Assembly: GCA_964470765.1 (NCBI GenBank)
Contig: CAYYDV010000001.1
Span: 1-52,600 of the forward strand
Direction: 5' to 3'
DNA from: an uncultured Candidatus Saccharibacteria bacterium
GTDB lineage: Bacteria > Patescibacteriota > Minisyncoccia > Minisyncoccales > JAGGXC01
DNA: 52,600 nt
Shown here in pieces: positions 34,512 through 43,823 of the stretch (position 1 is the first letter of the stretch; each line of letters begins with the position of its first letter). Below the pieces are notes generated by a model. That model was not told where the DNA came from, searched no databases, and saw nothing but the letters and a program-made list of their open reading frames with translations. Position numbers and translations under genes: made by a program.

Positions 34512-35570
34512 ATGAAAAACTTTATCCAAGCCAAAAAAGATTTAATTCAACCGCCTCGAGCAGGAGAAGTAGTTGAAGGCAAAGTAATAGGGATAGGAAA
34601 ATCAGCCCTTTATTTAGACTTGGGCTCTTTTGGGACAGGGATAATTTATGGAAAAGAATTTAAAGAAGCTAAAGATATATTGAAAGATTTAAATATCGGA
34701 GACAAAGTTTCAGCTAAGGTAATAAGCTTGGAAACCGAAGAAGGGTTTGTTGAGCTTTCTTTAAGAAAGGCTGATCAGGAAATGGCTTGGGAAAAAGTCA
34801 AAGAAAAGAAAGAAAAAGGCGAATCTCTTAAAGTAAATATTTTAGGGGCTAATAAAGGAGGCTTGCTAACTGAGCTTTTTGATATCCCGGCCTTCTTGCC
34901 AGTTTCTCAACTATCTCCAGCCAACTACCCTCGGGTTGAAGACGGAGACCCAGGGAAAATTTTAAAGGAACTTCAGAAATTCGTAAGCCAAGAAATAGAA
35001 GTGAAGATTTTAGATTTTTCTCCAAAAGAAAATAAATTAATTCTATCGGAAAAAGCTAAAACAGCCGAAAAAGTAAAAGATATTTTGGAGAAATATAAAG
35101 CTGGAGATGTGGTCAAAGGAGAAGTTACCGGAATCTCAAATTTTGGCGTTTTTATTAAATTCGGGGAAAATAAAGATAATTTGGAAGGACTTATTCATAT
35201 TTCCGAGCTAGACTGGAAATTAATCGAAGACCCCTCGGAAATAGTAAAAGTCGGTCAGAAAGTTAAAGCCGAGATTATTAATATTAAAAAAAATAGAGTC
35301 TTTCTATCTCTCAAAGCTCTTAAAAAAGACCCCTGGGAAGATATTGAGAAAAAATACAAGAAAGGAGATATAATTAAAGCTAAGACCGTTAAATTTAAGC
35401 CCTTTGGCGCTTTGATCCAAGTCACCTCCAATATTCAGGGATTAATCCATATCTCTGAATTTGGTTCCCAAGGAAAAATGGAAGAAACCTTGAAAATTGG
35501 AGAAAAATATGATTTCAAGATTTCCTTAATTGACCCAGCCGAACATAAAATAGTTCTAAAACTAGCCTAA
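34512..35570 (+). CDS. rpsA: 30S ribosomal protein S1 (four S1 domains)
   Basis: Repeated G.VV.G.V...... GvFV..G....GLIHISE-type S1 motifs, four times in 352 aa. Confidence 0.88.
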   Translation: MKNFIQAKKDLIQPPRAGEVVEGKVIGIGKSALYLDLGSFGTGIIYGKEFKEAKDILKDLNIGDKVSAKVISLETEEGFVELSLRKADQEMAWEKVKEKKEKGESLKVNILGANKGGLLTELFDIPAFLPVSQLSPANYPRVEDGDPGKILKELQKFVSQEIEVKILDFSPKENKLILSEKAKTAEKVKDILEKYKAGDVVKGEVTGISNFGVFIKFGENKDNLEGLIHISELDWKLIEDPSEIVKVGQKVKAEIINIKKNRVFLSLKALKKDPWEDIEKKYKKGDIIKAKTVKFKPFGALIQVTSNIQGLIHISEFGSQGKMEETLKIGEKYDFKISLIDPAEHKIVLKLA

Positions 35571-35571
35571 A

Positions 35572-37440
35572 ATGAAAAATCTAATTAAAAATTTCATAAT
35601 CATCATTATTATCTTCCTGATAATCTCTGGTATTTTTGCCTTAGTTTCTGAACCTTTTGAAAAAGTGGAAGAAATTTCTTTAACTCAGCTAGTTGAAGAA
35701 GTCAATCAAGAGAAAATTAAAAAGATTGTTGTTTCCGGCAGTGAACTCCAGATAACTTACCAAGATGATTCTCAGGTTTTTTCAAGAAAAGAACAGGAAC
35801 TAGCTCTAACTGAATCTCTACTAAACTATGGAGTAACAATCGAAAGTCTAAATAAGGTAGATATCGAACATTTAGAAGAAACAGATTTAATTACTTGGCT
35901 AGGACCAATTTTGTTAATTTTACCTTTAATCTTATTTGCTTTTGTCTTCTGGATGATTTTCCGCCGGGCCAAAGCCGGAGCCATGGAGGCCCTTAGTTTC
36001 ACCAAAGCTCATCCTCGTTTATTCGGAGCTGGCTCTCAAAAAGAAAAAATTACCTTTGATGATGTTGGGGGTCTTAAAGAAGCAAAAGAAGAATTAAAAG
36101 AGGTAATTGAATTCTTAAAAACTCCTAAAAAATTCTTAAAAATGGGAGCTAAGATTCCTAAAGGAATTCTCTTAATCGGTCCCCCCGGAACAGGAAAGAC
36201 TCTTTTAGCTAGAGCAGTAGCCAATGAAGCTAACGTTCCTTTCTTCTCTATCTCAGGTTCAGAATTCATTGAACTCTTTGTTGGAGTTGGCGCTGGCAGA
36301 GTAAGAAATCTTTTTGCTACCGCCAAAAAGAATCAACCAAGTATTCTCTTTATTGATGAGTTAGATGCTATTGGCCGAGTCAGAGGAGCTGGAGTTGGTG
36401 GCGGCCATGACGAAAGAGAGCAAACTTTGAATCAGATTTTAGTAGAACTAGACGGTTTTGAAAAAGAAGCTACCTCTATAGTTATATCAGCAACTAATCG
36501 CCCAGACGTTCTTGACCCCGCTCTTCTGCGACCAGGAAGATTTGACCGAAGAGTTATCCTAGACTTGCCTGACATAAAAGGAAGAGATAAAATTTTAAAA
36601 ATTCATTGTAAGGGAAAGCCCTTGGCTTCTGATACTAATCTAAGAGAAGTTGCTGAAAGAACGCCTGGTTTCTCCGGAGCTGATCTGGCTAATGTTGTCA
36701 ATGAAGCAGCTATCTTAGCGGCTCGAAGAAATAAACATCAAGTCTATCAAACCGAACTTTTAGAATCAATTGAAAAAGTATTGTTAGGACCGGAAAGAAA
36801 AAGCCATATCTTAACCAAGAAAGAAAAAGAAATTGCTGCTTACCATGAAGCTGGTCATGCTTTAACCTCAGCTCTCTTTCCCGAGACCGAGCCAGTTAGG
36901 AAAGTTTCTATTGTGGCCAGAGGATTAGCCGCTGGCTATACCTTAAAAACACCAAGAGAAGATAGAAGACTTAAAACTAAATCTGAATTCTTATCAGAAA
37001 TGGCTGTTCTGTTAGGTGGTTATACAGCTGAAAAAATTAAATTCAAAGAAATTACTACTGGAGCTTCTAACGATTTAGAAAGAGCCTCTGATTTAGCCAG
37101 AAGATTAGTCAAAGAATACGGTATGTCTTCTTTGGGACCAATTTCTTTTGGTAAAAAAGAAGAGTTAGTTTTCTTGGGTAAAGAAATTTCGGAACAGAGA
37201 AACTACTCTGAAGAAGTAGCTACTCAAATTGATAAAGAAGTTGCTAAATTCGTCAAAAATGCTGAAAGGAAAGCTAAGAAACTTTTAAGCAAAAACAGAA
37301 GATTATTAGAAAAATTAGCTAAAACTTTAATTGAAAAAGAAACTATTGAGAAAGGAGAGTTTGAAAAAATTACCGGAAGAAAGAAGAAAACAAAAAGATT
37401 TTCAACTAAAAATAAAATCAGGAAAAAGAAGAAGAAATAA
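35572..37440 (+). CDS. ftsH: ATP-dependent zinc metalloprotease FtsH
   Basis: Contains [13 protein letters not shown] and the Zn motif HEAGHA. Lys-rich tail. Confidence 0.97.
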   Translation: MKNLIKNFIIIIIIFLIISGIFALVSEPFEKVEEISLTQLVEEVNQEKIKKIVVSGSELQITYQDDSQVFSRKEQELALTESLLNYGVTIESLNKVDIEHLEETDLITWLGPILLILPLILFAFVFWMIFRRAKAGAMEALSFTKAHPRLFGAGSQKEKITFDDVGGLKEAKEELKEVIEFLKTPKKFLKMGAKIPKGILLIGPPGTGKTLLARAVANEANVPFFSISGSEFIELFVGVGAGRVRNLFATAKKNQPSILFIDELDAIGRVRGAGVGGGHDEREQTLNQILVELDGFEKEATSIVISATNRPDVLDPALLRPGRFDRRVILDLPDIKGRDKILKIHCKGKPLASDTNLREVAERTPGFSGADLANVVNEAAILAARRNKHQVYQTELLESIEKVLLGPERKSHILTKKEKEIAAYHEAGHALTSALFPETEPVRKVSIVARGLAAGYTLKTPREDRRLKTKSEFLSEMAVLLGGYTAEKIKFKEITTGASNDLERASDLARRLVKEYGMSSLGPISFGKKEELVFLGKEISEQRNYSEEVATQIDKEVAKFVKNAERKAKKLLSKNRRLLEKLAKTLIEKETIEKGEFEKITGRKKKTKRFSTKNKIRKKKKK

Positions 37441-37460
37441 ACATTGCTAAAAATTATAAA

Positions 37461-37486
37461 AAAGCCGCCATTAAGGCGGTATTTTA
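37461..37486. terminator. Bidirectional terminator between the convergent ftsH and purC
   Basis: AAAAA-GCCGCC-attaa-GGCGGT-ATTTT. Confidence 0.7.
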
Positions 37487-37490
37487 ATTA

Positions 37491-38297
37491 TTAGAGATTC
37501 TTGAAAGCATTTGTTGCTTCAGATACAATCTCGTAATGATTTTTTACAGTTTCAAGATCTAATCCTTGGCGATAGCCTTCTTTGCTCAGTTCAACTCCAT
37601 TTGCATCCTCGATTCTCCAACTGTCATTGTCAATTACATCAGCCACAATCAGTCGTCCATACGAATCCTTGCCAAACTCAATCTTTAGATCCTTGAGAGT
37701 AATTGGTGCCTTCGTTAAATCTTTAAGCTCTTCTGGTATCTTTACGTTTTTGAAAGCTGATTCTATAGCTAAGAATACTTCTCTGGCTGTCTCTTCCACA
37801 AACTGAGCTTCTTCTTCGGTACAAAGTTCTTCAATCTCGTCTATGTAATTTTCATAGACTATTGGCTTTTTAGGATGATAACGTTCCCAGTACGGTGATT
37901 TTCTCCAAATATAAGGATCATGCAGTTCATCATCTTTGTGGAAAAATTCCACTTTTACTTCGTCAAAAACTGTACCATCTTCAACTTCAGGATTTCTCTT
38001 TAGATAGCTACCTGTTGCTATTCTTCTTTCCACTACCTCAACAGGAATCATCTTGCATAACTTTGCTATAAACGAATTCACGCTGTGTCTTTTTATAAAA
38101 TGAGTTGATATCCCTCTACGATTTAGTAACTCAAAACAATTGCAGGTCGTATTGTTAGCTAATACGTCTTTTCCTTTAATTACGTCTCTTTTTTCTCCGT
38201 CTTCAGCCGTAATATCAGGTTTACTTAATATTTCTACTTCGTTATTCTCCAGCCTATAAATTATTTTGGTTTTTCCTTTATCGATTTCTTCTTTCAT
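37491..38297 (-). CDS. purC: SAICAR synthetase-like (phosphoribosylaminoimidazole-succinocarboxamide synthase)
   Basis: Contains GKTKIIY, DITAEDG, GISTHF, MIPVEVVERRIATGS and LKIEFG...IVADVIDNDSWRI. At 268 aa it is longer than typical. Confidence 0.75.
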   Translation of the reverse strand: MKEEIDKGKTKIIYRLENNEVEILSKPDITAEDGEKRDVIKGKDVLANNTTCNCFELLNRRGISTHFIKRHSVNSFIAKLCKMIPVEVVERRIATGSYLKRNPEVEDGTVFDEVKVEFFHKDDELHDPYIWRKSPYWERYHPKKPIVYENYIDEIEELCTEEEAQFVEETAREVFLAIESAFKNVKIPEELKDLTKAPITLKDLKIEFGKDSYGRLIVADVIDNDSWRIEDANGVELSKEGYRQGLDLETVKNHYEIVSEATNAFKNL

Positions 38298-38309
38298 TCT
38301 TTTTCCTCC

Positions 38310-39617
38310 TTAGATACCAAACCTCTCATAAATAGCATCTACATTCTCCAAGTGTTTTTCCCAGTCAAAGCAATCATGGAATTTCAATCTTGTTTTTGCG
38401 TTCACAAACCAGGGACCTGTTTCTTTATCGGCAAGAAGAAGTGGCTCCAGCTGTGTTCTTTTGCTAACCGCCTGGAAAGACAATCTTTGAACTGCTCGGT
38501 AAGCTTTTTGGGAATCCATTCCTTCATTAGTAAGTAGAATGGTAATATCTTGAGAAGCTATCGTGCCGTAGGTTCTTTCTATATTCTCTTCCATTCTATC
38601 TGGGGAAACTTCCAGTCCTTTGATTACCCAAATCATTTTATCAAGTATATAGTCCAATAACTGAAAACTGTCAGCGAAAATTATCCTCTCGGTACTAGAC
38701 TGCGTTATGTCTCTTTCCAGCCAGGTATTAATATTCTCTATAACAGGATAGACATATCCTCTGATAATCCTAGCCAAGCCGCAAATTCGTTCACAAATAA
38801 CCGGATTCTTTTTGTGGGCTCTAGCCGATGAACCCATTTGTTTCTTTTTGAAAGGTTCTCTCACCTCTCCTATTTCTGGAATTCCTAGAAAACGGATGTC
38901 TTCGGCCATCTTCTCTAAATTAGCAGCCGTTATTGCTAATACCGCTATCACAAAGGCATGCCTGTTTCTAGATATAATCTGAGTAGAAATATCAGCTGGC
39001 TTAATTCCTAACTTCTCACAGGCAAGTTTTTCAACTTGAGGATCAACTGTACTGTAGGTACCTATCATTCCTGAAATTTTACCGTAATTTATGGTATCAG
39101 TTGCCAAATGCAAATACTGCAAATCTTGTTTTAGATCATAATAGTAATTCAAGAATTTCAAGGCCAAGGTGGTTATCCCAGATGGCTGGCCATGGGTTCT
39201 GCCAAGCATTTTTGTATCTTTGTGCTCTCTAGCTCTTTTCTTTAAAGCTCTCATTAAGTCCAGTACTCCTTTTTCTATGAGGTCAATGGATTCCGTCATT
39301 CTTAAAGCCGTTTCTGGCTCTTCTGCGTCATAAGAAGTCAAACCTTGATGGAATAATCCTGCATATTTTGGGTCAAGTCTTTCTCGAACTGCTCTCAGAA
39401 AGGCGTTCAAATCGTGTTCGATTTCTTTATCAATCTCATTGATTCGTTTCAAAGTAAAACCAGCATTTTTTCTGATATGGGCCGCCCCTTCTTTTGGTAT
39501 CAGTCCTAATTCAGCTTTTGCGTCCAGAACTACTAATTCTGTTCTAAGCCTCTGTTGCCATTTATTTTCATCACTCCAAATCTCCCTCATTTTTTTTCTT
39601 GTATATCTTTCTATCAT
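38310..39617 (-). CDS. purB: Adenylosuccinate lyase
   Basis: 435 aa of the fumarase/lyase class II family. The signature-like MGSSARAHKKNP diverges from SSxMPxKxN. Confidence 0.88.
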   Translation of the reverse strand: MIERYTRKKMREIWSDENKWQQRLRTELVVLDAKAELGLIPKEGAAHIRKNAGFTLKRINEIDKEIEHDLNAFLRAVRERLDPKYAGLFHQGLTSYDAEEPETALRMTESIDLIEKGVLDLMRALKKRAREHKDTKMLGRTHGQPSGITTLALKFLNYYYDLKQDLQYLHLATDTINYGKISGMIGTYSTVDPQVEKLACEKLGIKPADISTQIISRNRHAFVIAVLAITAANLEKMAEDIRFLGIPEIGEVREPFKKKQMGSSARAHKKNPVICERICGLARIIRGYVYPVIENINTWLERDITQSSTERIIFADSFQLLDYILDKMIWVIKGLEVSPDRMEENIERTYGTIASQDITILLTNEGMDSQKAYRAVQRLSFQAVSKRTQLEPLLLADKETGPWFVNAKTRLKFHDCFDWEKHLENVDAIYERFGI

Positions 39618-39694
39618 TCATTTCACTCCATATATTCTTTTCAAAGAGCAAAAGTTTAACCAAAAAAGGTCAACTTTATTGCCCTCCGAAATAA

Positions 39695-39723
39695 ATACTA
39701 TATATAATAGGTAGCTATGTCAA
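39695..39723 (-). promoter_or_regulatory. Sigma70-like promoter for purB (TTGACA-17-TAGTAT)
   Basis: The minus strand reads cTTGACAtagctacctattatataTAGTAT. Confidence 0.4.
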
Positions 39724-39729
39724 GTTCCG

Positions 39730-39758
39730 TTGACTTAGCAAATAAAATCAGATACACT
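39730..39758 (+). promoter_or_regulatory. Sigma70-like promoter for the tRNA-Ile/Val/rluA unit (TTGACT-17-TACACT)
   Basis: Read directly. The -10 box ends about 14 nt before the tRNA-Ile 5' end. Confidence 0.35.
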
Positions 39759-39772
39759 ATATAATGTTTAAA

Positions 39773-39850
39773 GGGCATGTAGCTCAGTTGGTTTAGAGCT
39801 CTAAGCTTATACCTTAGCGGTCCCAGGTTCGAGTCCTGGCATGCCCACCA
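39773..39850 (+). tRNA. tRNA-Ile (anticodon UAU), CCA encoded
   Basis: Acceptor gggcatg/catgccc. Anticodon arm ctaag-ctTATac-cttag. T-arm ccagg-ttcgagt-cctgg. Discriminator a followed by cca. Confidence 0.85.
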
Positions 39851-39873
39851 AAGCAAGAATTGGATTTGAAAGA

Positions 39874-39947
39874 GGGCGGTTAGCTCAGTTGGTTAGAGTG
39901 TCTCGGTGACATCGAGAAGGTCACTGGTTCGAATCCAGTACCGCCCA
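39874..39947 (+). tRNA. tRNA-Val (anticodon GAC)
   Basis: Acceptor gggcggt/accgccc. Anticodon arm tctcg-gtGACat-cgaga. T-loop ttcgaat. Confidence 0.9.
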
Positions 39948-39948
39948 C

Positions 39949-40659
39949 ATGAAATTGAAAATTATCTATGAGGATGAAAATGTTTTAGTAATTGATAAAC
40001 CGCCGGGAATTGTAGTTTTTCCTGAAGGAAAAGCCAAAGAAAAAACTTTAATTAATTACCTCGTTGAGCAATTTCCAAAATTAAAAAATACCGGGAAGCC
40101 TTCCCGGTATGGAATAGTCCATCGTTTAGATAAAGATACTTCAGGAATTCTCTTAGTAGCTAAAAACAATAAAACATTAAAACTCCTTCAAAATCAATTT
40201 GAAGAAAGGAAAGTAATTAAGAAATATTTAGCCTTGGCAATAGGTGAAATCAAAGAAAATCAAGGAAAAATTGAAACCTTAATTGGGAGAAGTCCTCAAG
40301 ATCGAAGAAAACAAAAAGTTTATTTAGAAAGCGAACCGGACTCTAAAGGAAAAAGAGAAGCAAAGACCTACTATAAAATCACAGAAAGATTTAAGAATTA
40401 TACATTGCTGGAAGTAGAGCCTAAAACCGGCCGAAAACATCAAATTAGATGTCATCTCAATTGGCTCCATCATCCAATTGCTGGAGATAAATTGTATGGA
40501 TTCAAAAATCAACCTCTTCCTAAGAATCTTACCAGACAATTCTTACACGCCAGCTACCTAAAAATTAATCTTCTAAACAAGGAAGAAGAATTTAAATCAA
40601 ACTTGCCTGAAGATTTAAAAAAAGTAATTATAACAATAAAAAATGACAACAAAAGCTGA
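39949..40659 (+). CDS. RluA-family pseudouridine synthase
   Basis: Contains IIYEDENVLVIDKPPG and the catalytic motif HRLDKDTSGILL. The ATG begins 1 nt after the tRNA-Val discriminator. Confidence 0.9.
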   Translation: MKLKIIYEDENVLVIDKPPGIVVFPEGKAKEKTLINYLVEQFPKLKNTGKPSRYGIVHRLDKDTSGILLVAKNNKTLKLLQNQFEERKVIKKYLALAIGEIKENQGKIETLIGRSPQDRRKQKVYLESEPDSKGKREAKTYYKITERFKNYTLLEVEPKTGRKHQIRCHLNWLHHPIAGDKLYGFKNQPLPKNLTRQFLHASYLKINLLNKEEEFKSNLPEDLKKVIITIKNDNKS

Positions 40660-41074
40660 AAGTTTTTTACAAACTTCTTTAAAGAAAGATTTACCGGACG
40701 TTCGTCCTGGTGATACGGTAAAGATTTACCAAAAAATTAAGATAGGGAAACAAGAAAGAACCCAAGTTTTTGAGGGCCTGGTTTTAGCTAGAAAGCACGG
40801 CAAAGGTATTTCTTCAACTATTACTGTCAGAAAAGTAATCTCTGGAATTGGAGTAGAAAAAATCTTTCCTCTTCACTCCCCTATTATTAAAAAGATAGAA
40901 ATAGTCAAAAGAGGAAAAGTCAAAAGAGCTAAACTATATTATCTAAGGGAAGCTAAAGGAAAGAAGGCTAGATTAAAGAGAGTAGAATTTGAAAATAAAG
41001 TTATAGAGAAACCAAAAGAGAAAAAAGAAGAAGTTAAGGAATCTGAAAAAACTGAAGAAACTGAAGAAAAATAA
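40643..41074 (+). CDS. rplS: 50S ribosomal protein L19 with a Lys/Glu-rich C-terminal extension
   Basis: Contains LPDVRPGDTVKIYQKI..GKQERTQVFEGLVLARKHG...FPLHSP.I..IEIV. Confidence 0.95.
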   Translation: MTTKAESFLQTSLKKDLPDVRPGDTVKIYQKIKIGKQERTQVFEGLVLARKHGKGISSTITVRKVISGIGVEKIFPLHSPIIKKIEIVKRGKVKRAKLYYLREAKGKKARLKRVEFENKVIEKPKEKKEEVKESEKTEETEEK

Positions 41075-41157
41075 GCCCAGGTGGCGGAATTGGTATACGC
41101 GGTAGGTTGAGGGCCTATGCCGGTAACGGCGTGTGGGTTCAAGTCCCACCCTGGGCA
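41075..41157 (+). tRNA. tRNA-Leu (anticodon GAG)
   Basis: Starts at the base after the rplS TAA. Acceptor gcccagg/cctgggc. Anticodon arm gtagg-ttGAGgg-cctat. Long variable arm. Confidence 0.88.
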
Positions 41158-41163
41158 CCTGAA

Positions 41164-41236
41164 GGGCGGTTAGCTCAGTTGGTAGAGCGTTTCGTTTACA
41201 CCGAAAAGGTCGTAGGTCCGAATCCTGCACCGCCCA
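41164..41236 (+). tRNA. tRNA-Val (anticodon UAC)
   Basis: Acceptor gggcggt/accgccc. Anticodon arm tttcg-ttTACac-cgaaa. The T-loop is tccgaat (C at position 55). Confidence 0.85.
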
Positions 41237-41253
41237 CAGATACTACCTAAAAA

Positions 41254-41340
41254 GGAGGGGTGCTGGAGCGGTTTAACAGGATGGTTTCGAAAACCATTGT
41301 GGAAGGAATTCTACCGTGAGTTCGAATCTCACCCCCTCCG
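41254..41340 (+). tRNA. tRNA-Ser (anticodon CGA)
   Basis: Acceptor ggagggg/cccctcc. Anticodon arm atggt-ttCGAaa-accat. Long variable arm. Confidence 0.9.
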
Positions 41341-41349
41341 CTACTAATT

Positions 41350-41715
41350 ATGTTCAAGATTTTTAAGAAAAATAATAAAGAACCAAAGAATTTCAAAGAA
41401 CTTCTAAGTTGCTTCAAACTCTTAGAAGAAGATTTGGAAAAGATCTCTAATGAATTAAATGGCCTGAAAAGAGAAAACAAATTCTCGGTTCAAAAGATTG
41501 GTTTAGTTAGATTTAACCCTTTCAAAGAAGTAGGAAGCAATCAAAGCTTCTCCATGGCTCTATTAAACGGGAAAGATAACGGTATTGTAATTACCAGCCT
41601 ATATAACCAGGGAGGAAACAGAGTTTATGGAAAGCCAATCAAGAATGGTAAATCTCCTTATTCTTTATCTAAAGAAGAGCAAACAGCTATTGAGAAAGCT
41701 AAAGAACCTAAATAA
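41350..41715 (+). CDS. DUF4446-like small protein
   Basis: From memory, GLVRFNPFKEVGSNQSFSMALLNGKDNGIVITSLYNQGGNRVYGKPI matches DUF4446. The ATG is 9 nt after tRNA-Ser. Confidence 0.55.
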   Translation: MFKIFKKNNKEPKNFKELLSCFKLLEEDLEKISNELNGLKRENKFSVQKIGLVRFNPFKEVGSNQSFSMALLNGKDNGIVITSLYNQGGNRVYGKPIKNGKSPYSLSKEEQTAIEKAKEPK

Positions 41716-41762
41716 TTAGGAAGTAAATAATTATTTGTTTCTTCTAAATCTTTTTTTTATTT

Positions 41763-43232
41763 ATGGAAGCTTCCAAAAAGAAAAATTTAACAACTCGGTC
41801 GCCAGTAGTAGTGGTCTTAGGCCATGTTGACCATGGTAAATCAAGCTTGCTCTGCGCCATTAAGGATTTCAAGATTACCGAGAAAGAATCAGGCGGAATT
41901 ACTCAGCATATTGGCGCTTATGAAATTGAACATCAAGGAAAGAAAATTACTTTTATTGATACTCCTGGCCATGAAGCTTTTTCAGCTATGAGATCCCGGG
42001 GAGCCAAAGTAGCTGATATTGCTATTCTAGTCATAGCGGCTGAAGAAGGAGTAAAACCTCAAACCAAAGAAGTCATTTCTCATATCAAGAAATTCTCAAT
42101 TCCAGTAATTGTCGCTATCAATAAAATAGATAAGTCTCAGGCTGACCCTCCAAGAGTCAAAAGAGAACTAGCCCAAAATGATATTCTGGTTGAGTCCGAA
42201 GGGGGTGAGATTCCTAGTGTTGAGGTTTCAGCTCAAACCGGTCAAGGAATTACTGACCTCTTAGATTTGATTTTGTTGGTAGCTGAAATGGAAGAATTTA
42301 AAGCGGATTTATCTCAATCTCCCCAAGGAGTAATAATTGAATCTTATCTAGACAACCAGAGAGGACCAACCGCTACCCTGCTGCTGAAACAAGGGGTTTT
42401 AAAAGTAGGAAATGTTGTCGGAACTAGCTCCACTTCTGGGAAAGTTAAAATTATGGAGGATTTCCAGGGTAAACCAATTAAAGAAGCTTTACCTTCAACA
42501 CCAGCTATTGTTTTAGGCCTGGAAAAAGTTCCTCAAATTGGTGAAAAATTTGAAGTTTTTCCAAATCTCGAATCTGCCCAGAAAAATATTCAACCAGAAG
42601 AAGAAAAGGCAGAAATGCCTCCTATTGAGCCCGGAGAAAAAGTTATTAATTTAATTCTAAAAGCCGATGTTCTAGGTTCTTTAGAGGCAATTGAGGAAGT
42701 CCTAATGAATCTTCCTCAAGAAGAAGGCAAGTTGAGAATTCTAAAATCGGGAGTAGGAGAAATTACTGAAGGAGATGTAAAATTAGCTCAATCATCTAAA
42801 GCTAAAATCCTGGGATTTAGAGTAAAAACAAATCCTCAAGTTTCCCGATTAAGTCAGTTGCAGAAGATTAAAATAATGACCTTTGAAGTAATCTATGATT
42901 TAGTAGAAGCAGTTAGGAATCTAATGGAAAAAGAATTCAAGTCAAAGGAAGAACTAAAAGAAATTGGAAAAGTTGAAATTTTAGCTATTTTCCGGACTGA
43001 AAAAAATCGCCAGATTGTTGGTGGTAAAGTCATAGAAGGAGAAGTAGCTAAAGGAGCCAAAATTGAGGTCTTAAGTAACGAAGAAAAGACAGGCGAAGGA
43101 AGAATGATTAGTCTCCGGCAGAATAAAAAAGAGATTGAAAAAGTAAATAAAGGAGAAGAGTGCGGAATTTTATTTGAAGGAAACGTCAGAATTAAAGAAG
43201 GAGATATTTTAGTTATAAAGACCTATGGTTAA
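41763..43232 (+). CDS. infB: Translation initiation factor IF-2 (short form lacking the N-terminal domains)
   Basis: G-domain motifs [17 protein letters not shown] and NKID. 489 aa. Confidence 0.93.
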   Translation: MEASKKKNLTTRSPVVVVLGHVDHGKSSLLCAIKDFKITEKESGGITQHIGAYEIEHQGKKITFIDTPGHEAFSAMRSRGAKVADIAILVIAAEEGVKPQTKEVISHIKKFSIPVIVAINKIDKSQADPPRVKRELAQNDILVESEGGEIPSVEVSAQTGQGITDLLDLILLVAEMEEFKADLSQSPQGVIIESYLDNQRGPTATLLLKQGVLKVGNVVGTSSTSGKVKIMEDFQGKPIKEALPSTPAIVLGLEKVPQIGEKFEVFPNLESAQKNIQPEEEKAEMPPIEPGEKVINLILKADVLGSLEAIEEVLMNLPQEEGKLRILKSGVGEITEGDVKLAQSSKAKILGFRVKTNPQVSRLSQLQKIKIMTFEVIYDLVEAVRNLMEKEFKSKEELKEIGKVEILAIFRTEKNRQIVGGKVIEGEVAKGAKIEVLSNEEKTGEGRMISLRQNKKEIEKVNKGEECGILFEGNVRIKEGDILVIKTYG

Positions 43233-43566
43233 AAACCGTATCCCCCAGGTGAATGAACTCATAAAGCGAGAATTAAGCAAAACCATCCTTAAAGAAGTTG
43301 AATTCCCAAAAGACACCTTAGTAACAATTACTAGGGTTCAAACTTCATCTAATTTAATTCAGGCCAAAGTTTATGTTAGTGTAATGCCTGAAAATCAAAC
43401 CTCAAAAGTTCTTCAAATTTTAAATCAGCAAATTTTCAATCTTCAGCAAATTATAAACAAGCGTCTCAAAATGAGACCTATTCCTAAAATAAAGTTTGTG
43501 GAAGAAAAAGAAACCAGGAAGGCGGAAAAAATTGAAAAGCTTTTGGAAAAAATTACAAATAATTGA
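43225..43566 (+). CDS. rbfA: Ribosome-binding factor A
   Basis: 113 aa immediately after infB with an 8-nt overlap. Contains R...V.ELIKRELS....KE and ITRVQ.S.....AKVYVS. Confidence 0.85.
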   Translation: MVKNRIPQVNELIKRELSKTILKEVEFPKDTLVTITRVQTSSNLIQAKVYVSVMPENQTSKVLQILNQQIFNLQQIINKRLKMRPIPKIKFVEEKETRKAEKIEKLLEKITNN

Positions 43567-43599
43567 AAAAAGCTAAAAAATGAAGTAAGATTAGCTAGT

Positions 43600-43674
43600 G
43601 GCGCCGTAGCGAAGAAGTTTACGCGACGGTCTGCAAAACCGTTTACGCCGGTGCAATTCCGGCCGGCGCCTCCA
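43600..43674 (+). tRNA. tRNA-Cys (anticodon GCA), CCA encoded
   Basis: Acceptor ggcgccg/cggcgcc. Discriminator t. Anticodon arm acggt-ctGCAaa-accgt. The T-loop is tgcaatt (G at 55) and the D-loop lacks GG. Confidence 0.8.
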
Positions 43675-43761
43675 GCCGGGGTGACGGAATCGGTTTACGT
43701 GCGTGACTTAAAATCACGTGGGAGAAATCCCATGAGGGTTCGAGTCCCTCCCCCGGCACCA
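43675..43761 (+). tRNA. tRNA-Leu (anticodon UAA), CCA encoded
   Basis: Starts directly after the CCA of tRNA-Cys. Acceptor gccgggg/ccccggc. Anticodon arm cgtga-ctTAAaa-tcacg. Long variable arm. Confidence 0.9.
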
Positions 43762-43766
43762 ATACC

Positions 43767-43800
43767 AAAACCCCGTCTTTCGACAAGGTTTTTATTTTTA
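43767..43800 (+). terminator. Imperfect intrinsic terminator after tRNA-Leu(UAA)
   Basis: AACC-cc-GTC-tttc-GAC-aa-GGTT followed by TTTATTTTT. Confidence 0.5.
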
Positions 43801-43823
43801 AATAAAATAGTTTTTATAGATTA

